Below are positions 8,447 to 17,128 of a DNA stretch of 64,000 nt, piece after piece. Under the pieces are notes generated by a model. That model searched no databases and was not told where the DNA came from. It saw only the letters and a list, made by a program, of their open reading frames with translations. The stretch spans positions 872,768 to 936,767 of the forward strand of contig CAWIMV010000001.1 in the NCBI GenBank assembly GCA_963837325.1, written 5' to 3'. This DNA comes from an uncultured Actinomycetota bacterium. GTDB lineage: Bacteria > Actinomycetota > Actinomycetes > Mycobacteriales > Jatrophihabitantaceae. The translations under genes and the position numbers were made by a program. Within the stretch, counting starts at the first letter, position 1; every line of letters begins with the position of its first letter.

Positions 8447-9841
8447 TCAGATGAACGCGGAAAGCAGCATGACGAAGCCGAAGCCCACCACCGATACGAG
8501 GGTCTCCATCACCGACCAGGTCTTGAACGTCTGACCGACGGTCAGTCCGAACAGCTCCTTGACCAGCCAGAACCCGGCGTCATTCACGTGGGACAGGAAC
8601 AGCGAGCCGGCCCCGATGGCGAGCGCCAGCAACGCTGTATGGGTGGGGGACAGGCTGCCGGCCAATGGCGCGACGATCCCGGCGGCGGCGATCGTGGCCA
8701 CCGTGGCCGAGCCGGTGGCCAACCGCAATGCAACTGCGACGAGATAACCCAGCACAAGTACCGACAGGTGCGACCCGTTGGCGACCTTGGCCACCGAGTC
8801 ACCGACGCCGGCACCGATCAGGGACTGCTTGAACCCGCCGCCCGCCCCGACGATGAGCAGCACTGCGGCGATGGGTCCGACGCTCGCACTGAGCTTGGAC
8901 GAGATGCTGTTCCCGGTGAACCCGACGGCGTAGCCGAAGGTGATCATCGCCAGCAGGACGGCGAGGGTGAACGCGACGAGCGGTTCGCCGATGAAGTCCA
9001 GGAACGACTGGGCCAAGGGCGGATGCTTCGTGTCGGTCCAGATGATGTCGGCCAGCGCCTTTCCGAGCATCAGCACGACCGGGAACAGGATGGTCAACAC
9101 GGTGACCAGGAAGGACGGCGGCCGCTTGACGTCCGCGCTGCGGGCGGTCGCGGTGGTGTCCACACCACCGGCCTGCGCCGGAGCCCCGACCGGGACCCAC
9201 TTCGCGGCGAGAATCGAGAACAGCGGGCCGCAGATGATCACCGTCGGAATCGCGACGACGATGCCGAGAGCCAGGGTGGTCCCGAGCTTGGCGTGCACGG
9301 AGGAGATCGCGATGAGCGGGCCCGGGTGCGGCGGAACCAGCCCGTGCAGCACCGAGAGTCCGGCCAGGGCCGGAATGGCCACCCGCATGAGCCGCAATTC
9401 GGAGCGCTGGGTCACGAGCACGATGACCGGCAGCAGCAACACCAGTCCGATCTCGAAGAACATCGGCAGGCCGATGATGATTGCGACCAGCGCCATCGCC
9501 CAGGGGATCCGGGCCGGCGATGCTTTGGCCACCAGCGTGTCGATGACTCGGTCGGCGCCCCCCGAGTCGGCGAGCAGCTTGCCCAGCATGGCGCCGAGCG
9601 CAATGAGGAGGCCAACTTCCTTGAGCACGCTCCCCACGCCGTCCTCGAAGTTGGCGATGACGTCACCGAGCCCGACGCCGGCGACGAGGCCGACGAAGGC
9701 CGAGCCGAGGATGAGCGACAGGAACGGGTGCAGCTTGGCCACGACGATGAGCAGCACGATGACGGCGATGGCGCCAACGGTGGCGGCCATCAGGCGGGTG
9801 TCGTGGGCGTGCCACTGCACGGCCAGGATCTGAGTGTGCAC
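8447..9841 (-). CDS. gntP: GntP-family gluconate:H+ symporter
   Basis: 464 aa with ~12 TM segments and HVNDAGFWLVKE (the GntP signature); a gluconokinase gene lies immediately upstream. Confidence 0.8.
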   Translation of the reverse strand: MHTQILAVQWHAHDTRLMAATVGAIAVIVLLIVVAKLHPFLSLILGSAFVGLVAGVGLGDVIANFEDGVGSVLKEVGLLIALGAMLGKLLADSGGADRVIDTLVAKASPARIPWAMALVAIIIGLPMFFEIGLVLLLPVIVLVTQRSELRLMRVAIPALAGLSVLHGLVPPHPGPLIAISSVHAKLGTTLALGIVVAIPTVIICGPLFSILAAKWVPVGAPAQAGGVDTTATARSADVKRPPSFLVTVLTILFPVVLMLGKALADIIWTDTKHPPLAQSFLDFIGEPLVAFTLAVLLAMITFGYAVGFTGNSISSKLSASVGPIAAVLLIVGAGGGFKQSLIGAGVGDSVAKVANGSHLSVLVLGYLVAVALRLATGSATVATIAAAGIVAPLAGSLSPTHTALLALAIGAGSLFLSHVNDAGFWLVKELFGLTVGQTFKTWSVMETLVSVVGFGFVMLLSAFI

Positions 9842-9843
9842 CG

Positions 9844-10374
9844 CTACTCCTTCGGTACGGCCAGGTGAAGCCGCCGGATGATCTCTTCGGACTCCTCGTA
9901 CGGCGATTCACCGAGATCGACGGTGATGGCGTTCTCGTCGCTCTCGGGTGGTTCCAGCGTCGCGAGTTGCGAGGCCAACATTCCCGCCGGCATGAAGTGC
10001 CCGTGCCGCGCGGCCAATCGCGTGGCAATCTGGTCGTGGCTGCCGGCGAGATACACGAACACCACGTGCTCATCCCGCAAGACGTCGCGGTAACGGCGTT
10101 TCAGCGCCGAGCAGGTGATGATGCCGGGCCGGCCGGCCGCGGTGTGGTCCTGTATCCAGGCGGCGATCGTGGCCAGCCACGGCGCGCGGTCCTCGTCGTC
10201 GAGCGGGTGCCCGGCTGCCATCTTCGCGACGTTGGCCGGCGGGTGCATGTCGTCGCCCTCGGCCAGATCCCAGCCGAGCCGCCCTGCGAGCAGGCCGCCC
10301 ACCGTCGACTTGCCGGAGCCGGAAACTCCCATGATCACCAGGACCGGCCGCACGCCCTCGACCGCTTCGGTCAT
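9844..10374 (-). CDS. gntK: gluconokinase (thermoresistant GntK type); internal start at MTEAVEG
   Basis: MTEAVEGVRPVLVIMGVSGSGKSTVGGLLAGRLGW...GIITCSALKRRYRD...VVFVYLAGS is the GntK P-loop kinase signature. The long ORF 9844..11277 is an upstream extension through the next gene. Confidence 0.8.
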   Translation of the reverse strand: MTEAVEGVRPVLVIMGVSGSGKSTVGGLLAGRLGWDLAEGDDMHPPANVAKMAAGHPLDDEDRAPWLATIAAWIQDHTAAGRPGIITCSALKRRYRDVLRDEHVVFVYLAGSHDQIATRLAARHGHFMPAGMLASQLATLEPPESDENAITVDLGESPYEESEEIIRRLHLAVPKE

Positions 10375-11324
10375 CCGAGTTCCCGCCCGCCCGGCCGGGA
10401 CGCCACCATCGTCCCGTCCGGCGCCAGCACCGGCCCGCTCTCGCTGAGCGCTGCCAGCAGCGGGGATCGGGCCAACATCGCCACTCCTGCGCCGATCGCC
10501 ACGCCGCCGACGGTGGCCGGCAGCAGCCACGGGCCCGTGCGGGTCATCTCGTTGTAGACGAGCACGCCCCACAAGATCGAGACCAGCGGGTCCATCAACG
10601 TGAAACCGGGCTGGGCCGCAAGCAGCGGGCCGGTGTGCAATGCCCACTGCATGAGCACCACACCCAGGACGCCGAACCCGATCGCGATGTAGGTCTGCCA
10701 GGTGGTGACCACACCGAGCACGCCGCGCTCGGACAACTGCGTGACGACCTCCTTCACCAGGGTGGCGGTCAGCCCGAAGCTCGTCCCGGCAGAGGCGCCG
10801 AGCAGAGCGGTGCGCCAGAACGGGCGACCGCGACGCGACCCCGCGACGAGCAACGCGATCGCACCCGCCGTACCGCCGCCGGCGAGCACGTAGGTCACGT
10901 GGGCGACGTGCGTCTCGTCGCCGGGCTGAGGATTCAGGCTGGCGATCAGCCCGATCATGCCTGCCGTCATGACCAGAATGCTGGTCCACTCGGGCCGCCC
11001 GATCTGTCCGCCGAAGACCCGCGACGCGACGAGCACCGTCAGCGGCACCTCGAGGGTGATGATCGGCTCGACCGCGGACAGCTCGCCAAGTCCGAGCGCG
11101 ACGGCTTGGAGCACGAACGAGCCGACCAGGCAGCTGAACCCGAGCATCCACACCGGCCGACGCGTCAGATCGCGCAGGAACGCCAGGCCGAACGGGCGGT
11201 CGCCTGGTTCGTCCAGGCTGGCCTTGCGCTGCATGACGTTGCCCACAGCGTTGCCCGCCGCCGCGAGCGCCGCGCACAGGAAGCTGAGCAGCTGGGCCGC
11301 GTGGATCATCGGCGGTGGCTCCAC
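10371..11324 (-). CDS. DMT-superfamily (EamA-like) membrane transporter
   Basis: 317 aa with ~10 predicted TM helices. It overlaps the gntK start by 4 nt, suggesting an operon. Confidence 0.6.
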   Translation of the reverse strand: MEPPPMIHAAQLLSFLCAALAAAGNAVGNVMQRKASLDEPGDRPFGLAFLRDLTRRPVWMLGFSCLVGSFVLQAVALGLGELSAVEPIITLEVPLTVLVASRVFGGQIGRPEWTSILVMTAGMIGLIASLNPQPGDETHVAHVTYVLAGGGTAGAIALLVAGSRRGRPFWRTALLGASAGTSFGLTATLVKEVVTQLSERGVLGVVTTWQTYIAIGFGVLGVVLMQWALHTGPLLAAQPGFTLMDPLVSILWGVLVYNEMTRTGPWLLPATVGGVAIGAGVAMLARSPLLAALSESGPVLAPDGTMVASRPGGRELG

Positions 11325-11398
11325 CGCACCGGCCGGGCCGCGCGGAAGCCGGGTCTAGCGCTCATACGTGGACGGTAACGGCTGTGGTCGACCGCGGG

Positions 11399-12784
11399 CT
11401 ATTTCGTTCGTGCTTGCTTGATGAGTGTCTTGCCGAAGTCCCAAACCAGGCCGGAGCCGCTGTGCGCCTCTTCCATCACGTCGACGAACGCCGCCACGAA
11501 CTGGTCGACCTCGGCCTCGCCGATGATGAGCGGCGGGATCAGCTTGATCACCTCGAGGTGGTCGCCGGAAACCTGGGTCAGGATGTGGTGGCGGTGGAAC
11601 AAGGCGTGCACGATCGTCTGGGCGAACAGGCCCTTGCGTGCGGCCTGCAGCGCGGTCCACGAAGCCCGCAGCTTCCAGGATGACGGCCGGCCGAATTCGA
11701 TCCCGATCATGAGACCGCGGCCGCGCACCTCCTGCACCAGCTCGTACCGGTCGACGAGGTCGGCCAGCCGGGACTGCAGCAGGTCGCCGGTCTTGCGGGC
11801 ATTCTCCATGATCGCGTCGCTCGCCATGACGTGCAGCGTGGCCAGTCCGGCGGCCATGGCCTGGGCGTTCGACCCGAAGGTCGAGTCGTGCACCAGCACG
11901 CGGTCCATCGACGAGTAGACCTTCTGGAAGACCCAGTCGGGGCCGACGGTCGCGCCCACGGGGATGTAGCCGCCCGACAGCGCCTTGGCCGTCACGACGA
12001 GGTCGGGCTGGACGCCGTCGTGCTCATAGGCGAAGAAGTCGCCGGTGCGGCCGACCCCGCACTGCACTTCGTCGGTGATGAGCAGGGCCTTGTGGCGGCG
12101 GAGCAGGTCGTGGGCGGCGGCCAGGAAGCCTTCGGGCGCGACCGCGACGCCCTTGCCCTGGATCGGCTCGACCACGAGGGCCGCGACACCGCCGCGGCGC
12201 AACTCCCGCTCGAGCGCGGCGAGGTCTCCGAACGGGATCGCGGTGTCGGGCAGCAGAGGCCCGAAGCCGTCGCGGAACTCGGCCGCGCCGTTGACCGACA
12301 GCGAACCGGTGGTCAGGCCGTGAAACGCGTGGTCGGCATAGAGGATGCGGGTCCGGCCGGTGGCGAAGCGGGCGAATTTCAGCGCCGCTTCGACGGCCTC
12401 GGTTCCGCTGTTCGAGAAGTAGACCCGGTCGAGGTGGGGGACCCGTTCGAGCAGCGCCTCGGCGAGCAGTCCGGCGAGTGGGGGCGCGTCGAACTGGGTC
12501 AGATCGGCCAGGTCGGCGTCGAGGACGTCGTGGATGGCCGCCCGGACGGCCGGATGGTGGCGACCCAGGGCGAACACCCCGAAACCGGCGAGCATGTCCA
12601 GGTACTGCTGGCCCTCGTCGTCGTACAGGTAGGCGCCGTCGGCCCGGGTGTAGGTCTTGTCGAAACCGATGGCGTGCAGCATCCGGGGCAGCTGCGGGTT
12701 CAGCAAGCGCCGATGCAGGTCGTACCGCTCGCCGCCACGCCGGGCGAGCAGGTCCCGCAGGTCGAACGCGCTGTTGGGCTCCAT
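11399..12784 (-). CDS. class-III pyridoxal-phosphate aminotransferase (ornithine/GABA aminotransferase family); candidate HpnO of the hopanoid pathway
   Basis: Start at MEPNSAFDL. Carries the PLP fold motifs YFSNSGTEAVEAALKFAR, DEVQCGVGRTG and TAKALSGG (the Schiff-base Lys). Divergent from hpnC. Confidence 0.75.
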   Translation of the reverse strand: MEPNSAFDLRDLLARRGGERYDLHRRLLNPQLPRMLHAIGFDKTYTRADGAYLYDDEGQQYLDMLAGFGVFALGRHHPAVRAAIHDVLDADLADLTQFDAPPLAGLLAEALLERVPHLDRVYFSNSGTEAVEAALKFARFATGRTRILYADHAFHGLTTGSLSVNGAAEFRDGFGPLLPDTAIPFGDLAALERELRRGGVAALVVEPIQGKGVAVAPEGFLAAAHDLLRRHKALLITDEVQCGVGRTGDFFAYEHDGVQPDLVVTAKALSGGYIPVGATVGPDWVFQKVYSSMDRVLVHDSTFGSNAQAMAAGLATLHVMASDAIMENARKTGDLLQSRLADLVDRYELVQEVRGRGLMIGIEFGRPSSWKLRASWTALQAARKGLFAQTIVHALFHRHHILTQVSGDHLEVIKLIPPLIIGEAEVDQFVAAFVDVMEEAHSGSGLVWDFGKTLIKQARTK

Positions 12785-12863
12785 GCGAATTCCGGACCTT
12801 TCCCGCACGCAGGACCAGCGCGCGTCACCGCCGTCTGTGCTGCAGATTAGTCGAAACCGGCTT

Positions 12864-12880
12864 GCCGTTCGGCAAACGGC
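12864..12880. promoter_or_regulatory. palindromic candidate operator in the divergent aminotransferase/hpnC intergenic region
   Basis: GCCGTT-cggca-AACGGC: perfect 6-bp inverted repeats in an AT-richer intergenic stretch that also carries a TATTAT −10-like hexamer (12938–12943). Confidence 0.3.
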
Positions 12881-12979
12881 TGGCATCGTCAGTAAGGTCT
12901 ACCCTGATGCAACTGAGCCGAGAAGGTTAGCTAGGCAAACGTATTATCCGTGGTGCCTGTCGGGGTGGGTGGCCGGAAC

Positions 12980-13846
12980 ATGAGCGAGCTCGACGCGGGG
13001 CGCGATGGCGCAGCGCTCGTGCTGGCCCGCGTCGCCGAACTGGCCCGCCCGCAGATGGCGGCGGAAAACTTCCCGGTCGCGCTGCGGCTTGTGCCGCGCG
13101 GGCCCCGCGATCAGCTGACCCGCGTCTACGTCTTTGCTCGGTTCGTCGACGATGTCGGCGACGAGGCCCCCGGCGATCGCAAGCTGCTGCTGGACGCTGT
13201 TGACGCCGACGTGCGGGCGCTGCCGGCGGGCCAAGCGCAACTGGGCCCGGTTGCCGGGCTGCGTTCGGTCCTGCAGCAGCATGCTGCCCCGCTCGATCCG
13301 CTACTCGATCTGATCGAGGCGAATCGGGTCGACCAGGGGACTCGGCGCTACGAGAGCTTCGATGACCTGCTCGACTACTGCCGGCTGTCGGCGGCACCGA
13401 TCGGCCGGCTGGTGCTGTACATCGCCGAGGCCGGCACCGAGCAGAACGTGCAGGATTCCGACGCGGTGTGTGCCGCGCTCCAGGTGCTCGAACACTGCCA
13501 GGATGTCGGTGAGGACGCCCGCGCCGGCCGGATCTACCTGCCCCTCGCCGATCTCCGCGCCGCCGGGGTCGCCGAGACCGAGCTGACCGGCGTCACCACG
13601 AGCCCGCAGCTGCGCGAGGTGGTGGCGGCCCAGGTCGAACGCTCGCTGGGCCTGTTGCAGGGGGGACCCGCGCTCGTGCGTCGGCTGTCGGGGTGGGCGC
13701 GCGTCGCCGTGGCCGGCTACGTGGCCGGCGGGTTGGCCACTGCCTCGGCGCTGCGCCGCGCCGACTACGACGTGCTCGCCCGGTCGGTCCGGCCCGGCAA
13801 AGCGGTAACCGCAGCGCACGCGATCCGCCTGGTGGCGGGACGGTGA
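12980..13846 (+). CDS. hpnC: squalene/phytoene-synthase-family protein HpnC (alternative start 12950)
   Basis: Trans-isoprenyl diphosphate synthase head-to-head fold: YVFARFVDDVGD (first DxxxD) and YCRLSAAPIGRL. First gene of the hopanoid operon. Confidence 0.8.
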   Translation: MSELDAGRDGAALVLARVAELARPQMAAENFPVALRLVPRGPRDQLTRVYVFARFVDDVGDEAPGDRKLLLDAVDADVRALPAGQAQLGPVAGLRSVLQQHAAPLDPLLDLIEANRVDQGTRRYESFDDLLDYCRLSAAPIGRLVLYIAEAGTEQNVQDSDAVCAALQVLEHCQDVGEDARAGRIYLPLADLRAAGVAETELTGVTTSPQLREVVAAQVERSLGLLQGGPALVRRLSGWARVAVAGYVAGGLATASALRRADYDVLARSVRPGKAVTAAHAIRLVAGR

Positions 13847-14739
13847 CGGTGGCCAGCTCAGCGACCATCCTCGAGGCCTACGAAGAGTGCGAGCGGATCA
13901 CTCGCGAACAGGCTCGCAACTTCTCGTGGGGCATCCGGCTGCTGCCCAAATCCAAGCGGGGTGCCCTCTCGGCCGTCTATGCCGTGGCTCGCCGGGTCGA
14001 CGACATCGGCGACGGCGTGCTACCCGCCGACGAGAAGCTGAGGCTGCTGGCCGAGGCCCGGGCCGGCGCCACCGCGCCGAACGAGCACCACGACGACCCG
14101 GTGCTGCTCGCCCTCGACGATGCGGCTCAGCGGCTGCCGATCCCACTGAGCGCCTTCGGCGAACTGGTCGACGGCTGCGAAATGGACGTCGTAGGGCGCA
14201 GCTACGACGACCTCGACGATCTGATCGAGTACTGCCGGTGCGTCGCCGGCTCCATCGGCCGGCTGTCGCTGGGCGTGTTCAACCCCGCGCTCTCGGCGGC
14301 CGAATCCGCTCGAGCGTCGGAATTGGCCGACTCCCTCGGAGTTGCTCTGCAGCTGACCAATATCCTGCGCGACGTGCGTGAAGATCTCGGCAACGGTCGG
14401 GTTTACCTGCCCAGCAAGGACCTCGCGTCCTTCGGCTGCGAACTCGCCGTGCGGGCGGACGGCAGTCTCGACCCCCAGGATGGCGCGCTCGCTGAGGTGA
14501 TCCGCTTCGAAGCGGCGCGGGCTTGGGGGTGGTACGACCGCGGTCTGCAGTTGCTCGACCTGCTCGACCGGCGCAGTGCGGCGTGCTGCGCTGCCATGGC
14601 TGGGATCTACCGCGAACTGCTGCAACGCATCGCGTCCGATCCGAGCCTGGTGATGAACGGACGGGCGGCGTTGCCCGGCCGCGACAAGCTGCGGGTCGCG
14701 CTGCGTTCGCTCGCCGGCAGCGGTGGCAGCCATGCCTGA
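13843..14739 (+). CDS. hpnD: squalene/phytoene-synthase-family protein HpnD
   Basis: YAVARRVDDIGD, YCRCVAGSIGRL and LQLTNILRDVRED. GTG start overlapping the hpnC stop (GTGA). Confidence 0.8.
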   Translation: MTVASSATILEAYEECERITREQARNFSWGIRLLPKSKRGALSAVYAVARRVDDIGDGVLPADEKLRLLAEARAGATAPNEHHDDPVLLALDDAAQRLPIPLSAFGELVDGCEMDVVGRSYDDLDDLIEYCRCVAGSIGRLSLGVFNPALSAAESARASELADSLGVALQLTNILRDVREDLGNGRVYLPSKDLASFGCELAVRADGSLDPQDGALAEVIRFEAARAWGWYDRGLQLLDLLDRRSAACCAAMAGIYRELLQRIASDPSLVMNGRAALPGRDKLRVALRSLAGSGGSHA

Positions 14740-16096
14740 GTCCGAAGTCATCGTGGTGGGCGGCGGGCTGGCCGGGATCTCGGCCGCCCTCCGGCTCGCC
14801 GACGGCGGCCGAGCCGTAACCCTCATCGAGGGCCGCCCCCGGCTCGGCGGAGCCGCGTTCTCGTTCCGCCGCGGCGCCCTCACCATCGACAACGGCCAGC
14901 ACGTGTTCCTGCGGTGTTGCGAGGCCTACCGCTGGCTGCTCGACCGGCTCGGTGTCGCCGAGCAGGTCGTGCTGCAATCCCGGCTCGACATCCCGGTGCT
15001 ACGGGCCGATGGCCGCTCGGCCCGACTGCGGCGCCTACCGGGCGTGCCCGCACCCCTGCACCTGTCCGCCGCGCTCGCGGGATACGGGCTGCTCAGCCCG
15101 GCCGACCGCCTGCGGGCGGTCCGCGGCGCATTGGCGCTGCGGACGCTCAATCCGGCCGACCCGGCGCTGGATCGCCAAACCCTCGGCGGCTTTCTGCGCC
15201 GCCATGGCCAGAACGATGCGACGATCGCCCGGCTCTGGGGCATCATTGCCACCGCCACTCTGAACATCGATCCCGACCACGCGTCGCTGGCGCTGGCGGC
15301 CAAGGTCTTTCGTACCGGTCTGCTCGACCATGCCCCGGCCGCGGACGTCGGCTACGCCGGCGTCCCGCTCGGGGAACTGCATTCGGACGCGGCCCAGCGG
15401 GCACTCGCGGCCAGCGGGGTCGAGGTGCTCCTCGGCGACCGGGTCGAATCGGTTGAGCCCGGGTGGGTCGTGCGGGTGGGCGGCCCGGCCGGCACGCAGA
15501 ACTGGCAGGCTGACTCGGTCGTGCTGGCGACGCCCCATCGCGAGGCCTTGGCCACCGTGCCCGCCCTGGCCGACACCCCGGTTGCGGCGGCGGAGGGGCT
15601 GGACGCCGCGCCGATCGTCAACGTGCACGTCATGTACGACCGCCGCGTCACCGACCTGCCCTTCGCCGCCTGCGTCGACTCGCCGGTGCAGTGGTTCTTC
15701 GACCGCACCGACACGTCGGGCTTCGGCCGGGAGCGCCCCGGCGGCCAGTACCTCGCCGTCACCGTCTCCGCCGCCGACGACGTCATCGACGAGCCGAGCC
15801 GCCCACTTAGAGAGCGTTTTGTGGCCGAACTTGCCCGGCTGCTCCCGCCCGCCCGCAACGCAGAGGTGCTCGACGCGTTCGTCACCCGCGAGCGCCGTGC
15901 CACGTTCCGGCAGGCGACGGGCAGCGCGGCCCTGCGCCCCACCAGCGATTCCGGCCTCGCCGGCCTCTGGCTGGCCGGGGCGTGGACGGCGACCGGCTGG
16001 CCGGACACGATGGAAAGCGCGGTGCGAAGCGGCGTGACCGCGGCCGAGTCGCTCCTGCAGGTCCAGCCCGACAACGCATTGGGATTTGCCGCATGA
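14732..16096 (+). CDS. hpnE: FAD-dependent amine-oxidase-family protein HpnE (hydroxysqualene dehydroxylase)
   Basis: VIVVGGGLAGISAAL is a Rossmann dinucleotide-binding motif, and the C-terminus has the amine-oxidase fold. Position in the operon supports the call. Confidence 0.8.
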   Translation: MPESEVIVVGGGLAGISAALRLADGGRAVTLIEGRPRLGGAAFSFRRGALTIDNGQHVFLRCCEAYRWLLDRLGVAEQVVLQSRLDIPVLRADGRSARLRRLPGVPAPLHLSAALAGYGLLSPADRLRAVRGALALRTLNPADPALDRQTLGGFLRRHGQNDATIARLWGIIATATLNIDPDHASLALAAKVFRTGLLDHAPAADVGYAGVPLGELHSDAAQRALAASGVEVLLGDRVESVEPGWVVRVGGPAGTQNWQADSVVLATPHREALATVPALADTPVAAAEGLDAAPIVNVHVMYDRRVTDLPFAACVDSPVQWFFDRTDTSGFGRERPGGQYLAVTVSAADDVIDEPSRPLRERFVAELARLLPPARNAEVLDAFVTRERRATFRQATGSAALRPTSDSGLAGLWLAGAWTATGWPDTMESAVRSGVTAAESLLQVQPDNALGFAA

Positions 16097-17112
16097 CCGA
16101 CCGTGCCGCCGAAGCCATCGCGCGCGTCCGCGCGCTGGTGCTGCCCGCTCTCCGGGCGGCAGTCGAGGACATCGCCGACCCGCACATGCGGCTGGTGGCC
16201 AGTTACCAGATGGGCTGGTGCACGGCCGGCGGCCAGCCGGTGGACGGCGGTGGCGGCAAGGCGATTCGACCGACGCTGGCCGTTCTTGCCGCCGAGGCCG
16301 CGGGCGGAGCGGCCGCCGACGCGCTCGCTCCGGCCGTCGCCGTCGAGTTGGTGCACAACTTCTCCTTGTTGCACGACGACGTGATGGACCGCGACACCGA
16401 ACGCCGGCACCGCCCGACCGGCTGGGTGATCTTCGGCGAGGGTCAGGCGATCCTGGCCGGGAACGCCATGCTCACCGCAGCCGTCGAGGTGCTGGTGCGG
16501 GCTGGTGAACCGGGCCGGCGCAGCCTGCCGGAGCTGCTGAGCTCCACTCAGCGCCTCATCAGTGGCCAGTCCGAGGACCTCCTCCTCGAGGATCGCCCCG
16601 GCGCCACCCTCGCCGAGGTGCTGCACATGGAGGCCGGCAAGACCGCCGCCCTGTTGGCGTGCTGCACGGCCATGGGCTCGCTCGCGGTCGGCGCACCGGC
16701 CGCGGTCGTCGACGCGCTGGCAGCCTTCGGCCACGAGCTCGGGATGGCCTTTCAGTTGGTCGACGACATCCTCGGCGTCACCGGCGATCCGGCTGTCACC
16801 GGCAAATCGTCGTCGTCCGACGTGCGTGCGGGTAAGCGAAGCGCGCCGATCGTGGCCGCGCTGTCAAGCGGCAGCGACGCATCCCGGCAGCTGGCCGCGT
16901 TGCTCGCCACCGGGCCGCTCACGGCCCAGGACGACGTCACCCAGGCGACCAAACTGATCGACGAGGCCGGTGGCCTGGCCTGGGCCGCACGCGAGGCCGA
17001 CAGCCGACTGGCCCGGGCGCTCGCCCATTTGGACGGCCTCGGTTCCCCGAACCCGGGCGCGGTCGCCGATCTCGCCGCGTTGGCTCGCTACGTGGTGGAC
17101 CGCGACCGATGA
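16093..17112 (+). CDS. polyprenyl diphosphate synthase (FPP/GGPP synthase family)
   Basis: Has LLHDDVMD (first DDxxD) and QLVDDILG (second DDxxD). ATGA overlap with the hpnE stop. Confidence 0.85.
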   Translation: MTDRAAEAIARVRALVLPALRAAVEDIADPHMRLVASYQMGWCTAGGQPVDGGGGKAIRPTLAVLAAEAAGGAAADALAPAVAVELVHNFSLLHDDVMDRDTERRHRPTGWVIFGEGQAILAGNAMLTAAVEVLVRAGEPGRRSLPELLSSTQRLISGQSEDLLLEDRPGATLAEVLHMEAGKTAALLACCTAMGSLAVGAPAAVVDALAAFGHELGMAFQLVDDILGVTGDPAVTGKSSSSDVRAGKRSAPIVAALSSGSDASRQLAALLATGPLTAQDDVTQATKLIDEAGGLAWAAREADSRLARALAHLDGLGSPNPGAVADLAALARYVVDRDR

Positions 17113-17128
17113 CCAGCCGGAGGTCCGG

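Noticed and set aside
8588-9868. 426-aa plus-strand ORF inside gntP
   Set aside because: Highly charged D/E/R/G repeats and no TM helices. The antisense strand is the 12-TM GntP permease.
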